Source: Octopus bimaculoides
Lineage: Eukaryota
Direction: 5' to 3'
DNA: 64,000 nucleotides
Assembly (NCBI RefSeq): GCF_001194135.2
Contig: NC_068982.1
Coordinates: 59,293,545-59,357,544, forward strand
The stretch's first letter is position 1. Each line of letters starts with the position of its first letter. Made by a program: the position numbers and the translations under genes. Below are positions 39,735 through 54,320 of the stretch, piece after piece. The notes under the pieces were generated by a model, which was given only the letters and a program-made list of their open reading frames with translations, was not told the DNA's origin and searched no databases.

Positions 39735-40941
39735 TCACATGCACATGCTTATACACAAGTGCATATTATTTTATCAAGAGTAATATTGAATAAGCAGACA
39801 GTCTTTAGTGAAACATGGCTTTCTGAGGTGACATTGGCTGCTCAATGGATGATGAGTTCATAGTTTTATCTTTTACTTGATGGCATTTCAAAAGATTTAT
39901 GTAAAAGAAAGTAGTTTTCACTTCGAAGGAATTTTCAGTTTTACTCAACGATTATTGCTATTTAGAAATCAATTCTATTTATGTCTTGGATTCATTTGGA
40001 ATTTTCGATTCTATCCATTTATATTGTTCTTATATCATTGACAAAATTTTGTGCTTTGATCTTGTTGGATCATAGAATGTAGAGGATATTTTGAAAAATG
40101 AAAACAAGGAAATTTTGATTTTCTGGCAAGCATTTTTGCAGTTATTACTTTATTATTTATGCTTCTATAGTTCTGTGCTGATATATTCCAAAACACAAAT
40201 GTACATAAATAAATAAGTAAATAAATATATAAATAAAACCTCTTTATTAATGCGTGTCTGGTAAAATTTATAACAGTGAATGGGAGTATATCAACTAATT
40301 TTAACATTAAAAAATGAAAAAACATCAACTCAAAGCATGAGTAGAGAAGAAGAAAACAAAAAGGTGCTTTCTTTGTCCATCTTTGGGAGATTTGTAGGAA
40401 GGAGGCAGAGAATGTAGCTATGAGTGTGGCTCATTCACTCATAATGGTTATATGAGCACAACGACTCAGGGAAAGGAAATAGAAACTGAAAAGTCAGCAG
40501 CAGATTGATTATTGATTTCTAATGGCTATGTGGTTAAAACATTTGCTTCAGAAACATGTGGTTAGTGGTTTGGCTTCTGCAAGGATGCTGTCATCTGGTG
40601 TCTTCTGCTTCAGCTACAGGTTGACCAATACCTTGTGAATGAAACTTGTATACAGAAACTATGAGGAAGCCTGATAGTATAAAGATTTGAATAACACCTG
40701 TGATTAACTCCATTTATTTATTTATCTATGTTATACAAAAACATTTCACTTAACCCTGGAATTTCTACCTTTATAAGTAGGCTGTTACATCCTTGGTACT
40801 TGAGTGAATTTTTGCTACCCTGGTAACTATTTATTTATTTTTTTTTTTCTATGTTATTTGTANNNNNNNNNNNNNNNNNNNNNNNNNNNNNNNNNNNNNN
40901 NNNNNNNNNNNNNNNNNNNNNNNNNNNNNNNNNNNNNNNNN

Positions 40942-41367
40942 TAGGGTAAAGTCTATAAGAATTTATCAAGTAGTCAGTGGGAAAAACCCCATAAGGGAAA
41001 CATTATAATTATTCCCTTTAAATATATTTATTTATATTAAGGGCATTAATACACATAAATACAAGGGACTCTAAAAGTCAAAACTATGATTAAAAAGTGA
41101 ATTTTGTGCACTAATTATGAAATTATATGATATGCGGCTGAATCTGTTTTTAAGGAGCTCACTTCTAGAGCTGCATTTCCTCGCATTTGGTACACTGTAT
41201 TTATTATGGTAGTTTTGCTTTTAAGAGTCCCTCATAGCGTGAGGCATTTATGTGTATTAATGCCCTTAATATAAATAAATATATTTAAAAGGAATGATTA
41301 TAATTTTTCCCTTAAGAGGTTTTTTATGCTGACTACTTGATAAATTTCTTATAAAGACTTTATCCTA
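40942..41367. mobile_element. Long-TIR MITE/foldback element
   Basis: Imperfect inverted arms of roughly 145-175 bp, tagggtaaagtctataagaatttatcaagtagtcag... / ...ctgactacttgataaatttcttataaagactttatccta; left edge abuts a gap. Confidence 0.8.
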
Positions 41368-41571
41368 TTTAAAATATTAAATTTAACCGGAATATATTCA
41401 GTGCTGAATTAATCTTAATATACATGTGTACCAAGATGCAATTTGAAAAGCCTGCCTCTTACATAGATATATATAAGTGAACAACTCTAATATGCTATGT
41501 TGGATACATTTGGTGTTCATCTGGTATGTTGATTTTTGTTCATTTTTATGTGTCTAGATTATGCCTGCACT

Positions 41572-41752
41572 GATGATTAAAAAGTGCATTTTGTGCACTA
41601 ATTATGAAATCATATGATATGCGGCTGAATATGTTTTAAAGGAGCTCGTTTCTAGAGTTGCATTCCCTCACATTTGGTACAGTGTATTTATTATGGTAGT
41701 TTTGACTTTAAGAGTCCCTCATAACATGAGGCATTTATGTGTATTAATGCCC

Positions 41753-41760
<8 letters not shown>
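41572..41760 (+). repeat. Partial direct copy of the 41086-41275 MITE interior and right arm
   Basis: gattaaaaagtg.attttgtgcactaattatgaaat..atgatatgcggctgaat...gtattaatgcccttaatata occurs twice. Confidence 0.85.
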
Positions 41761-41791
<31 letters not shown>

Positions 41792-41795
<4 letters not shown>

Positions 41796-42130
41796 TCATC
41801 ATCATCTTTAAACGTCTGCTTTCCATGCTAGCATGGGTTGGACGACTTGACTGAGGACTGGCAAGCCAGAACGCTGCACCAGGCTCCAATCTGATTTGCC
41901 AGAATTTCTACAGCTGGATGCCCTTCCTAATGCCAACCACTTCGAGAGTGTAGTGGGTGCTTTTACGTGACACCAGCACGAGGGCCAGTCACACGGTACT
42001 GGCAACGGCCTCGCTCAAAAGGTGTTTTTTACATGCCACCTGCACGGGAGCCAGTCCAGCGGCACTGGCAACGACCTTGCTCAAATGATTTTCTAATGTG
42101 CCACCAGGACAAGTGCTAGAAGGCAACGCT
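41792..42130 (-). mobile_element. Family D short retroposon (RTE-like tail)
   Basis: Colinear with 20458-20790. Confidence 0.85.
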
Positions 42131-42957
42131 GCTATATATATATATATCTATATGCGTGTGTCTTTATGCTTGTGTTTGTCTCTCCACCACTGATTGACAA
42201 CTAGTGTTGGTATGTTTACATACTTGTAAATTAGTTCAGCAAAAGAGACGCTCAAAATAAGTACTAAGCTTAAAAAATAAGTCTTGTGGTCAATTTGTTC
42301 AACTAAAACCCTTCAGGGTGGTGCCCCAACATGGCTGCAATCTAACGAATGAAACAAGTAGAAGATGAAGGATATAATTAGCCAAAATATTACTTCTGTT
42401 TTATGCAGTGAAAACTTTAAACTGTCACAGACATGATAACATATGTTTATCAATTCAATTAATTTATTATACATATATAAATATAACTGTTTAAAATAAT
42501 AAAATATGAAAACTTATATTATTATAATATGGTGATTCTTACTTTAAAATGGATCCTATCAGTCTACCTTGCTGCTATTGTGTATTACCAGTAATACTAT
42601 GATGACTACTACTAAAACTTGAATTCATTGTGAGAGAAAGAGCGGGATCTCATGATAAACAAGTTATTACTAATCACCACTATTACTTAAATTGGTAATT
42701 CTTAAAATGGGCAATGCTGCTCCCTTGCAGAACAGTGGAAGGATCTGGAGTGTGTGTGTGTGGGGGGGGGCGATCAAGAAAAGAGCGGTGATGATCGGGT
42801 AGCTAAAAGGGGTCAATGAATGTAAAAAAGAACAAAAATAATAGGTTAATTAGGGTAAGTTTGTGGTGGTAAGTGGTAGTGGTGGGAGCACTAGGAATGC
42901 GGCCTGGGTGTCAAGAGGATAGCAGTCTGCAAAAGTTTGGGTAAGATTGATCTAGAT

Positions 42958-43131
42958 CAGGGCTCCGCAACCATTTTCCCCTTATATTCTTTTCAAAATT
43001 CGATGGTATACCTGAACTAAAAATATAACTAAACGTATAGGAAAAAATTTATATTTGGGTTACACTGTGGCACACCTAGCATCGTCTCCTGGCACACAAG
43101 CATTCCACAGCATATAGGTTGTGGAGCACTG
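42958..43131. mobile_element. hAT (Charlie-like) MITE
   Basis: TIRs cagggctccgcaacc / ggttgtggagcactg; 8-bp TSD atctagat / atgtagat. Confidence 0.8.
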
Positions 43132-46100
43132 ATGTAGATGTTAACATTGGCAGCAAGTATGCTTCTCAAAATTCTATGACAGCTAAGATCCCAATCATAA
43201 ACTGAAGAAGACGATGTAACAGAAGACTATGCACCAAGATTTTGGTAATTATGGTGGAAGGAAAATTAAGAATTCTCAATAGATCTTATGATTTAAATCA
43301 ATAAAAAAAAAATTGTTTCTAGAATTTTTCTTATATAAGCATTTTAAATTTTATGTTAACATCTAAAATAATCAATCTTTACAATGGTTATTACTGCAAT
43401 TCCTCAAATATTGGATCTCATTGTTATCTGTGAGGGTTTTAATACAAATACTGCTTTAAAATATTAATGTTTGTAAATTTGTATGTGTGTTTAAAAAATA
43501 CTTGTTAATTTTTACATGCCTTTATATTAATTTACAAAGAAAAATCTGAAACCTTCTGCTTCAATATTTACAAGAAAGAAAGACGGACGGACGGACGGAC
43601 GGACAGACAGGCAGGCAGGCAGACAGACAGATAAACTTTTAAGAGGTGATGATTTTTATAATGAATATATGACATAGCCTGCTTAAAGTTGATTTTGTAT
43701 ATTTATCATCCTAAAAGTAGCTGTGTAACAGAATCAGTGGAGAATCTGAAAAAATACCTTGTGATATTTAGTTACCTCATTTTACTTTATGAATTCAAAT
43801 CTTTCTCATGTCTGTGACCTTTTACTTTCCTGAAGCTAATAAAATAAAAACTGGGACTGAGGTGGTCATCTGAGCTATAGAAAGTGGTACCTCAACAAAG
43901 CTACAATCAACACTCAGACTAATAAAAGAAAAAAGATTGATGAACAAAGGGAATATTATCTTTTTAATTCCTTTATCTTTTAGTCAACATTTTTGTATCT
44001 TATTCCAACATGTTCATCCAATTTTTGTATCTTATTCCAACATGTATCTTATTCCAACAGACATGTATTGACATTCCTTCCAATGTTATTTTAATTAACA
44101 CAAAAATACTTTTATCATATCTTTTTTTCTTTTTTTTTTTTTGTGACTGTTTTTTCACTACAACTTGTGTGAACCATTTTGAAATTTGAATAAATTTTAC
44201 GTCTTATGAGACATGTGATAATGGAATGCCAAGTAGAAAAAAAAGAAACAAAACAAATTTATCCAACAATCCAATATATATTTCCTTCAGCTGGAATTGA
44301 ACCTAATTTATTTTTTCTAATACTGCGCTTTAATCGTCATTCATGTGAGGTGATGAAAGACTAAACAGAAGTAATAATCTTATGTTCATCCTTTAAATTA
44401 TATTCATTTTAGAAGTGCAAGAATTCTAGGAAAGAAAGGAAAAATTCATCTTTTTTTTTTAATTACCAAAAATATATTTAAATATACAATGTAAAGAATT
44501 CTGTGAAGTTTACAAACATACTCAAGGATTTTTAATTCTGGTAGACTTAATAAATTACAAGTTATTTTTGCTAATACTCAGCATGACAGAAAAAGCAAGG
44601 CTGAAGAAATTTTCAGGGTTAAAGCAATTCTGAGGTTGAATATCAGGGTATATTTAGTTACCCAGCCTTTCCTCTTTTGATTTATTTTTATACCCACTAA
44701 AGAAATCAAAAACACTTCTGTCATATTGATACCCTTAATACAAATTTTCCCTTTGAAGCCAAGAATTAGAAGAAATGGCAAGTTATAACGCAATGTTTGT
44801 CAACCCACAATGTTAGAAATAGCTTTTATGTTGTATATTTATTTATTTATATATTTATTTATTTTATATCTCTGTATCAAAGTGGTAAACACTTTATGTA
44901 ACAAAGCAATGAACTCCAGAATGCCGGACTCTTTGATAGATACTGGTGGATACAGCAGAGTAGGTGTGTTGAAAATTGAGTCCACGAGACTCACTATGCT
45001 TCTATGATCAAAGAAGCTAGCCAGCCGTGATGGCATCGATTAAGCTAATCACTATGACAAACACTAAAAAGAGACAGCAGGAAGCACATGCACAGAATGT
45101 CTACTTCCATTTGTAGGCTTACGCATTTTGGGGGAAGAGAACAAGGAAATTCACTACACATAGAGGAATGTAATGATTGCAAACCTGCATATGCACATGC
45201 ATTTGCTTTTAGGAATATAGTGCTATGTGTTCGAAAATATATCAATGCGTGTACAAATATTTGCAGGTATATATGTAAGCAAGCTGATTTGCACGCATAT
45301 AAATATATAAATATGTACTGAAATGGGGAGAAAAGACGGAGAGAAATTCTATACTTCTGACAAGGATATTTCTAGTTAATTGCTAGAGCATGCAAGTTGA
45401 TCTTAAGGTCACCAGCTTAATACAGCTGTTATGTCAAAAGTTATTTCTCATTCCTTTGTCAACAGAATAGCCAATATCAAGGCTGGAGTTGTGAGGAGGT
45501 TTGTGCATGTCAAACTCAGTCCACAAGCAGGTGTCTAAGGCCTTTTGATGACTTACAAGCAGCCATAGAATGGCAGTGGGGGATGATATACATTAACCAC
45601 ATGTGGTGAATGTATAAAGGGCTAAATTCCCTGAGAATTTCTATGCAAAGGAATCAGTAGTACATATCTGTAATTATTGAAACCTACACTCATATGTAGA
45701 AATCAAGGCCTTCCAAGAGATTCGGAAATGCTGTCTATACAATACTTGCAAGAAATCTAAATCTAGGTTTAGTTGAGCCAAAAGCTTTAAAGACTTTCTG
45801 AAAACAGCAGGGAAATGTTCTTTTTTGCAGGATTCTATTTCCAGAAACTGTAACAAACATACACGCCTTTTTTTTTTTTTGTGGTAATTCACTTTTATTA
45901 TGTTCCTTTAAGGGAAATCAGAGATTATAAACCCACAAACCAAACCAATGGAAAAAAAAAAACAGAAACGAAAAACAAAACCATGTAAGTAAAATGTATT
46001 TTCTCAAACCAATGAGAGAGATTCTATGTGGCAGCTCAACCTGCTAGAAGTGGCTGCTAAAGATCTACAAATCACACCTTACCTCTTTAAAAATGATGTT

Positions 46101-46735
46101 AAATATAGACAGACATTCTATAATAGACAAACTGTATGGCTTGAAATAAAAGATAGTGTGGTCATGTGGACATGCCTTGAGCATCTTCAATCAAAGATGT
46201 TCATAGTCAGTTGAAACAGAATTCTCCTGCATCTAATCAACAATAATTTATTGTTTCAAGGGTTCTAACTATTTAGTAAAATATATTTTATTCCAGCTTT
46301 ATAATTTCTATTAAAGATTTTGTTAAACCCCATAAAACATAATTTGCAATTATTAAGGTCTTATCTCTATTATTCTAATTAATCTATAATATTTTGCTTG
46401 TCAAAACATGTTTTTTTCTCAATACACTTTTAACAACATTGGGAGAAGCCTCTTTGTGATGTGTCAAGATTTATACTAGGGCCTTTACAAGTTTTCCCCT
46501 TTGAATTACCTAAGGTAATCCCAACACCATTATTGATCTGTTCTTGTTGACATTTATTGTTATTTATGGTTTATGTTGACTTCTGTCTTCTTTTTATTTG
46601 ATGTAAGTCCCTTTGTTTTGTTCTTTACTGTTATCAACATCATGGGCTCTTGTAGTCACAAAGACCTCCTCTTTCTCATTCTTCTTCTTCTTATTATTAT
46701 TATTATCATTCTTCTTCTTATTATTATTATTGTTA

Positions 46736-46781
<46 letters not shown>

Positions 46782-47088
46782 GGTGAGTTAACAGAATCGT
46801 TAGCATGCTGGACAAAATGCCTTGTAGCATTTCTTTTGACTTGATGTTTTGAGTTCAAATTCAGCTGAAATCAACTTTGCCTTTAAAGTTTTTGTGGTGG
46901 ATAAAATTGAATTCTGGAGCTTATGTAATCGACTTACTCTCAGTGAAACAACATTATCTTATTAACAGTTTACAGTCACTCTCCAGATTTACAATATTGT
47001 GTATTGAAATTACAATAACTAGAGATAATGTATTTTTTCTAATTACAGCATAGATTTTACTAAATACCAACAGATTGGGCTTTCATAA

Positions 47089-47168
<80 letters not shown>

Positions 47169-47535
47169 TAATAATAATAATAATCTTTTTTTTTATTATT
47201 GTAGATGCTCTTTGGCTGTGTTTGGCATACAATATGTTCATATTTAGGCTGTTATTACTGCCTCTATTAATATACAATAATCTAATTCTATTATAGATAT
47301 TTTGTACATTTTCATAAATAAACTTATCTAAACTTACCTAACCTACTATTATTCTAGGTTTGGTAGGTTAGAATATTTAATTCATAAGCATATATAAAAT
47401 ATGCATTTGTAATCTCTCATAAGATAATATATTCTTCGTATACTTTCTCTTTACCAAATTTTAAAAAATTGTTTTCTCTTTTCCTTATTGCTTTTGAAAT
47501 GAAAGAATTACTAAATTAAAGCAAATATCTACATG

Positions 47536-47893
47536 GGTGCAGGTGTGGCAGTGAGGTAAGATGCTTACTTCTCAACCACATGGTTTGGGGTTCTCTACCA
47601 TCGTGTAGAACCTTGGACAAGTTCCTTCTACTAAAGCCTCAGGCTAACCAAAGCCCTGTCAGTGGATTTGGTAGAGGGGAACTGAAAGAAGCCCATTGTA
47701 TATGTGTGTTTGTCCTCTACCACAGTTTGACAACTGGTGTTGGTATGTTTATGTCCCTGTAACCTATCAATGAGACTGACAAAATAAGTACCAGAACTTA
47801 AAAAAAAAAAAGTATTAGTATTGATTTGTTTGACTAAACCCTTCAAGGTGGTACCCTGTCATGGCCACAGTCCAATGATTAAAACAAGTAAAA
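47536..47893 (+). mobile_element. SINE family A (diverged)
   Basis: Colinear with 9829-10240. Confidence 0.8.
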
Positions 47894-48353
47894 GGGGGTA
47901 AAAAAGAACACTGCACACAAACATTAAAGTTTTATTTAAATGAACATTTTCCTTAGTTTCTAAATACTTTGGCATGTTTATTGATGATGCTATCTTTAAT
48001 TTGTGGCCTAACTGAGTAAAAAAAAAAAGTACTTTTTGCAGAGTTTATGGCATTTATTTAATTTTCCAATGCCCTAGCTATCAGTTTTCCTTAACTCCTG
48101 AGTTTTAATTAAGGTTATAAATATCCTTGCAATAACAAACAATGGCAATGCTTCAGCAAGGCTCCCTTTACTTTTCTCCTATGAAGGCTTGCAGAAATTT
48201 GCACTGTGTGCAAATTTTGTCTTTCTTTGCAACATATGTGCACATCCATGTGAGCAACCATCCTTCAAGTTCCTTCAATTAAAAAAATACGATTTCATTT
48301 TAAAATCTTTGTGTGCACACTTTTTCCCCTTTCTGAATTGTAAAAAAATGTGT

Positions 48354-48735
48354 GTTGGCACTCCGTCGCTTACAACGTCAAGGGTTCCAGTTAATCCAAT
48401 CAATGGAACAGCCTGCTCATGAAATTAACGTGCAAGTGGCTGAGCACTCCACAGACACGTGTACCCTTAACGTACTTCTCGGGGATATTCAGCGTGACAC
48501 AGTGTGACAAGGCTGACCCTTTGAATTACAGGCACAACAGAAACAGGAAGTAAGAGTGAGAGAAAGTTGTGGTGAAAGAGTACAGCAGGGTTCACCACCA
48601 TCCTCTGCTGGAGCCTTGTGGAGCTTTTAGGTGTTTTCACTCAATAAACATTCACAATGCCCAGTCTGGGAATCGAAACCGCGATCCTACGACCGCGAGT
48701 CCGCCGCCCTAACCACTGGGCCATTGCACCTCCAC
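48354..48735 (-). mobile_element. SINE family B (full length)
   Basis: Reverse complement of 59875-60254; tRNA head ggaggtgcaatggcccagtggttagggcggcggactcgcggtcgtaggatcgcggtttcgattccc. Confidence 0.9.
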
Positions 48736-49518
48736 AATACACAAATACACAGCTTAGAGGGAACATTGCATTCCACTATTGTAGGCTCTTATTCTTGATG
48801 ATAGAAAAGGAAATGTGCAGCTTCAGGTTCACTGGAAATGCATACAAATCAATGGAAGGATGTCAAAGATGCATTTTATATCAATTGTTTAAAATGAAAA
48901 AGAATTACCAGATGTGTACTCTGAATGGTATGATTGCCAATGAAGCTAATAAACTTAACCATTTTGCTTTCCCTGTTTTCCTGAATTTTGAAATTTTAAA
49001 TGTAACCTTTTAACACTTCTTATCACAACGTTGGCAAACAATTTAAACTGAAAACCTTGAAAACAAACAAAAGATTCAAACTATGTAACTTGGAATCTTA
49101 GACGAAGTTTCAGAGACATTTTTCATTTGGAATATGAGTTGAGGTTTTTCAGAATCAACACTCTGAACTATAATGGTGAAATAATGCAACATTTTTTTGC
49201 ATGTAATTGTTGTTTTCATTGTTTACAGTTGAGAGGGAAACATAGTTTAATAACCAAGGGATCATAACATTGAACTGAAGATCCAAACAATGGAATCTTC
49301 TTTGTATTTCCCAAGAGCATGTGCTACAGTTAAAAGAATACCAGAGAAAAGGTGAACACCATCAAGTTCACTAATGTATTAGTTTGATGCTTAGTAAAGG
49401 TGAAAAAGATAGGGGTTTTGATGTTTCAAGCATAGCTTTTTATCGTGTGGTTAAATAGGTGTGGAAATATATATAGTGTGTGAGGGGTATTTGAAGACAG
49501 TTTTTTTATACATATATT

Positions 49519-50900
49519 TTGCAAAGAAGGAATTCTTCAAAATATTCTACAGTTATGGAAGCAGCTGACATTTCTGTGAGGTGTGTTAATGTAAAGGACA
49601 GCGAACATGAGGTACATGAGAGATTTCTTAAGTGTGCAAACTACAACAATAAATACAAGGAAGAGATCATAAACTCTTTGGAAGAGCATGCCATTCCTTT
49701 GAGTTATAGAAAAGCACAGTTGTATTATAACAGTGCTAAATTGGCTGGCAAGTACTATGGCAGTCAAGCAAAAATACCAGAGCTGTGTTTAATAGCAATT
49801 GACTACACATGTAGCAATCATACTCAATTTGTGTAAAAATGAGGCAGCTGAGTGAATATCGAAAACAATGACATTTTTAAACTGTTCAAATGATTTGTAA
49901 CTTGTTTAATTCCAATCCTAAATGGTTTTTGCATCTCACCTTAATGGCGTTCAATTATTGTTGCCAAGTCTTTGAGAGATTAACTTAACAACCAAGGCAA
50001 AGAATGGAATGAATGGAGTATCAGCATTCATAAAAAAAATTTGCTTCAGCGTTGATGTAGGATATTTGGTATTAAGTGTTGGCTCTAACAGATATTTACC
50101 ACAAAGTCATTCAAGCTGGCCGTGCTACTTTGGATATGGGAGTATCTAATACAGAAACACTCGTTGAAGATTTGATGAAGTTATGAAATAATACGAAATA
50201 TATCTGGAATGAAGCCAAAGTGGTGGTGCCAGATCTTGAGATAGAAAATAAACTTTCCTATGTATGAACAGGGGAGCATGAATCAAAGACAAGAAGAATG
50301 CTAGGCAATACAAGACATGAAACCAACTTGCCAGGAATGATAGATTATTCACCAGAAGAGGTCAACTTTAGGAAAACCTTCTGTTTTATGTTATGTCTGT
50401 ACTGTTATTGTATTGCATAATTAACAATTCATCTTTGTGTGATTTAGAAGGTGGTTGAAAATTTTGAATTCTTGTGTCTGAAAACGAGCTAGAAAACTCC
50501 TTCAAAGAAAACTTAAAGACTTAGCATGTCAATATCCTAATGATCACGTAGACTTTGAAACAAAAATGCAGCATTTATCTTCAGTGTATACAGAAAATGT
50601 GGGATAACTAGAAATGAAACCTTCAGAATTGTTAAATTCATAAACTGACTACAAACTTGGTGAAATAGTTTCAAATATTTATGAGAGTTTGAAAATATTG
50701 TTGACAATATTGACTGTAACAACATTAGCAGAAAGATGTTTGAAACAAACTAAAACATATCAATAACTATTTAAGGTCTACCATCTCTCAAACTTGACTT
50801 GTTGATTTAACAAGATTGAGCATTGCCAGAGAAATTGATTTTGATAATATTATTAGAAATTTTGCAGATAAAAAAAGTCAGAAAAGCTCATTTCATTAGC
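49519..50900 (+). mobile_element. hAT transposase remnant (ZMYM1-like/Ac type), heavily decayed
   Basis: HERFL...NSLEEHAIPLSYRKAQLYYNSAKLAGKYYGSQAKIPEL...YTCSNH resembles the hAT catalytic region; LKILLTILTVTTLAERC...DFDNIIRNFADKKVRK resembles the C-terminal dimerisation domain. Confidence 0.75.
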
Positions 50901-51464
50901 TGATTAGGCTTATCACCGCTTTGTATAAAGTATATTGTTATCTAGTCAGTCTGGTGCACAGGGAATAAAGCATTTACAAAAGTTTACCAGTGGTCATATT
51001 CAGATAGTTTGAGATTAGCCATCATGTTCAATTATGCTTTCATAATCATACATCAAAAGCTGTCTGCTTTGTTCACATTTTATCAGAATCATATTTTTCT
51101 ACATAGATTGAAAAACTACAGCTTTAATATTATATGTTATACCATTACCTTGTTTTTAGACTTTCAACTTTGGATAGAATTACAAGAGTACCATAACCAC
51201 ATCTGAGTCTGGTAAAATTGTCCTTTTCGGGTCTAACTACAGTCAAATTTTTCCAGTGACAGACAGGTAGGTAAACACACACACACACACACACACAATC
51301 AAATCAATTAACTGAACATTAAAAATAACAATAACAAAACAACAACAGGATGTGCACATGGAATGTATTAGTTTGATGCTCAGTAAAGGTGAAAAAAAGA
51401 CAGGGGTTCTGATGTTTCAAGCATAGCTTTTCATCATGTGGTTACATAGATGTGGAAATATATA

Positions 51465-52704
51465 CGGTGTGTGAGGGGTATTTGAGGACAGTTTTGTTAT
51501 ACAATAAAGCAACTATATTTCAGCATAAATAAATATGTATTTGAATAAACATTTGTGAAATTAGTCTTGATAATGACTTTTTAAAGTTAATCATTCTATG
51601 AAACCACCTTCAGCTTCGATGACTGCTTCAATGCAGGACCAAAACCACTGGCATGCTCACACTATATGGTCCTTATTCATTTTGGACATCACCTGGACAA
51701 AGGCTGCCTTCAGTAAAACTATGGTATTATGAGGATGACGAGTAGTCTCCTTGTCAGCAACACTCCATACGTAGTAGTCCATGGGGTTCAAATCTGGTAG
51801 GTTTGGAAGCCAGATATTGGGTGTTACAGAATAGTAAAGATTGACAAACATTCTTGGGTGACTAAGGCTTTGTGAGAAGGTGCTGAGTCTTATTGAAACA
51901 CGTATGGCCTTCCTTTGCATACATCATCAATCCAGGACTTCATAACAGTTTCCAGTACCTCAGTGTATCCAGTAGCATTAATTCTAAGACCTTGTGGAAA
52001 GAAGTGGGAAGGTATCACATGACCTTCACTACTCACCAATCCTAAAACCATCACAGTTACAGAAATTTCGTGTGCATCTGCACATAACCATCTGTCATTT
52101 CTTCTGTTAGACTTTTGATCCTAGTCAAAGTCTTTTTCATCAGAGAAAAACCAAAGCATGCCTTGTTCATGAGGGATTTTCACTTTGCTAAGTAACCATT
52201 TTGAATGGATGAGATGGCTTTCCTGTGTCTTTGCAGACATGATTTGGCCTGTCCTCATTACATAGAACTTGTATCAAATGTCACAATGTAACACAGTTCT
52301 GATAGTCCACTCTGACATCCGAAGTTCTTTAGCAATGGACCTCATTGATCTTCTGAGGTTTTCATCGAAAATGTTTTTAACATATTGTATAAATTCTGGT
52401 GTCCATTTAGTGTCCAAGCATTGTGAATGTTTTTTTCTCTTTGATACAGGTGAGATATTACCATCACATGCTTCCAATTCCAACCGAACTTTGTGTACAA
52501 ATGATCTTGCAACATTTAGGAAGCTGCTAATTTCTAAATCACTGTGGTTTGCATGTATAGCAACTCTGACTGCATGTTTTTTTTTTAATTTCTTGAGTTA
52601 GCATGATATCTTGAAAGAATTATGTGAAAAAAAATGATATATTATATAATTTGAAAGTGTTATGAACTAAAAACAAAATGTCCTCAAATACCCCTCGCAC
52701 CCTG
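51465..52704 (-). mobile_element. Near full-length Tc1/mariner, maT (DD37D-like), transposase pseudogene
   Basis: TIRs c(a/g)g(g/t)gtg(c/t)gaggggtatttgaggaca at both ends with flanking TA; HTH RSMRSIAKELRMSEWTIR; FQ*DSAPSH ... WLPNLPDLNPMDYYVW with about 36-37 residues between the Asp; stops and frameshifts. Confidence 0.85.
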
Positions 52705-53754
52705 TATATATATGTGTGTGTGTGTGTATAAGAGAGAGAGAGAGAGAGAAATTGACCTAGTACTGGACTGGAACTTGATAATATGAAAGGTAAACCTCAG
52801 TGGAGTTGAACTCAGATGAGAGAGAGCAGAGGTAACACAGCAAGGCATGCATTCTGTCCAGTACACTCATGATTTGCCAGATTTGTTCCCTTATTTAAAA
52901 CTTCAATTTTTAATATAGGAGAAAGAGGAAACAGAAACTCACTAGCTTCATCTGGTAGGATTTCTCTTGAGAGCCATGGGTGACATGTCAGGTGAGACTG
53001 TTGCAATTAACGCACAACCAAGACTTATACAGTTCAAAATCTGCACACAAAAAAAAAACAATAAAAAAACATTAGTTCTGGTAGTGCTCCAGCATGAACA
53101 CAGCCTAATGACAAGTAATATATAAAAAGATAACTGTAGCTTTATCACCTGTGCTTTCAATACTGTGAACTTCACTTTTAGGATGCAAAAAAGAGGAAGA
53201 GGTAAACTGGGTGGCTTGCTAGATCTACCACCTAAAATATGATGATGATGATGATGATGACTAGAAATTTTTTTCTGGTGATGGTGGTGTCAGCAACAAT
53301 GATTACATATTGACAACAGGATAGAGTGAGGCATGAAAAGCCGATTGTTTTTACTTGTGACACAATGCAGTACCAATGACAGGTTAGAAAGTGTTAAGCT
53401 GTTTTGGCTGGCAGGTCTAGCCAGATGTGACACTCTAGAGAATGGAAATTAATATGTTTTAAAAGACGACTTTAAAAATAAGTTTTATTGAAAATAAACA
53501 TAAAAACAGAATAAATGATTTTCTCTCTGAATTTTATATGTGATATTTTATTAATTTTCTATAGAGTTTCAGCTATTAAAAAATAACAGAAAACTATATA
53601 ACTTGAACTTATCTATACTGAAATATGAAATAACACACACACACACACGCTCTGTGTGTGTGTGTGTGTGTGTGCGTTTGTGTCGCTGTGTCTGTGTGTG
53701 TGCATATGTGTGCGCACACATATGTATGTGTGTTTGTGTGTGCAAGTGGTGTGC

Positions 53755-53799
<45 letters not shown>

Positions 53800-54320
53800 C
53801 GTGCGCATATATATATATATGTATATATGTGTGTATATATATACATGCATATATATACATATATATATCTATGTATGTATGTAAAATGTGTAAAGGTAAA
53901 ATCCAAGGATCAAGGTGCAGAAAGTTAGTGAGCTTCAAGCAGTCCATTGAAGATATAAAAAAAAAGCAACTTTCAGGAACAACAGTTGTTTATTGTCATA
54001 GAAGGTTGTAAATTTTTCCATATTGATGCTCAATAAGCTGAATAAAGTTATTTTATAGTTCATGGTTAGCAGCTGGGGTTGTTGTGAATTTTTGATCAAA
54101 CCTCCTGCAAGTTTATTGACAACAATTAAGGTATGCTTGGCCTGATGAGTATTACCCCTCGTTTGGGTAATTATTACTTACGAGGATCTGCTAGCTATGA
54201 AACATATATATCTACTCCATTCCCTANNNNNNNNNNNNNNNNNNNNNNNNTATATATAATCTATGTTGTAGATAAATAGACAGGACAAATCTACCTTTTT
54301 CTCCACAGAGTGAAAAACAA

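Noticed and set aside
43990-44059. Three copies of tgtatcttattccaaca
   Set aside because: Ordinary local slippage duplication
44810-45036. 65-aa ORFs on both strands
   Set aside because: No splice signals or recognisable domain; length expected by chance
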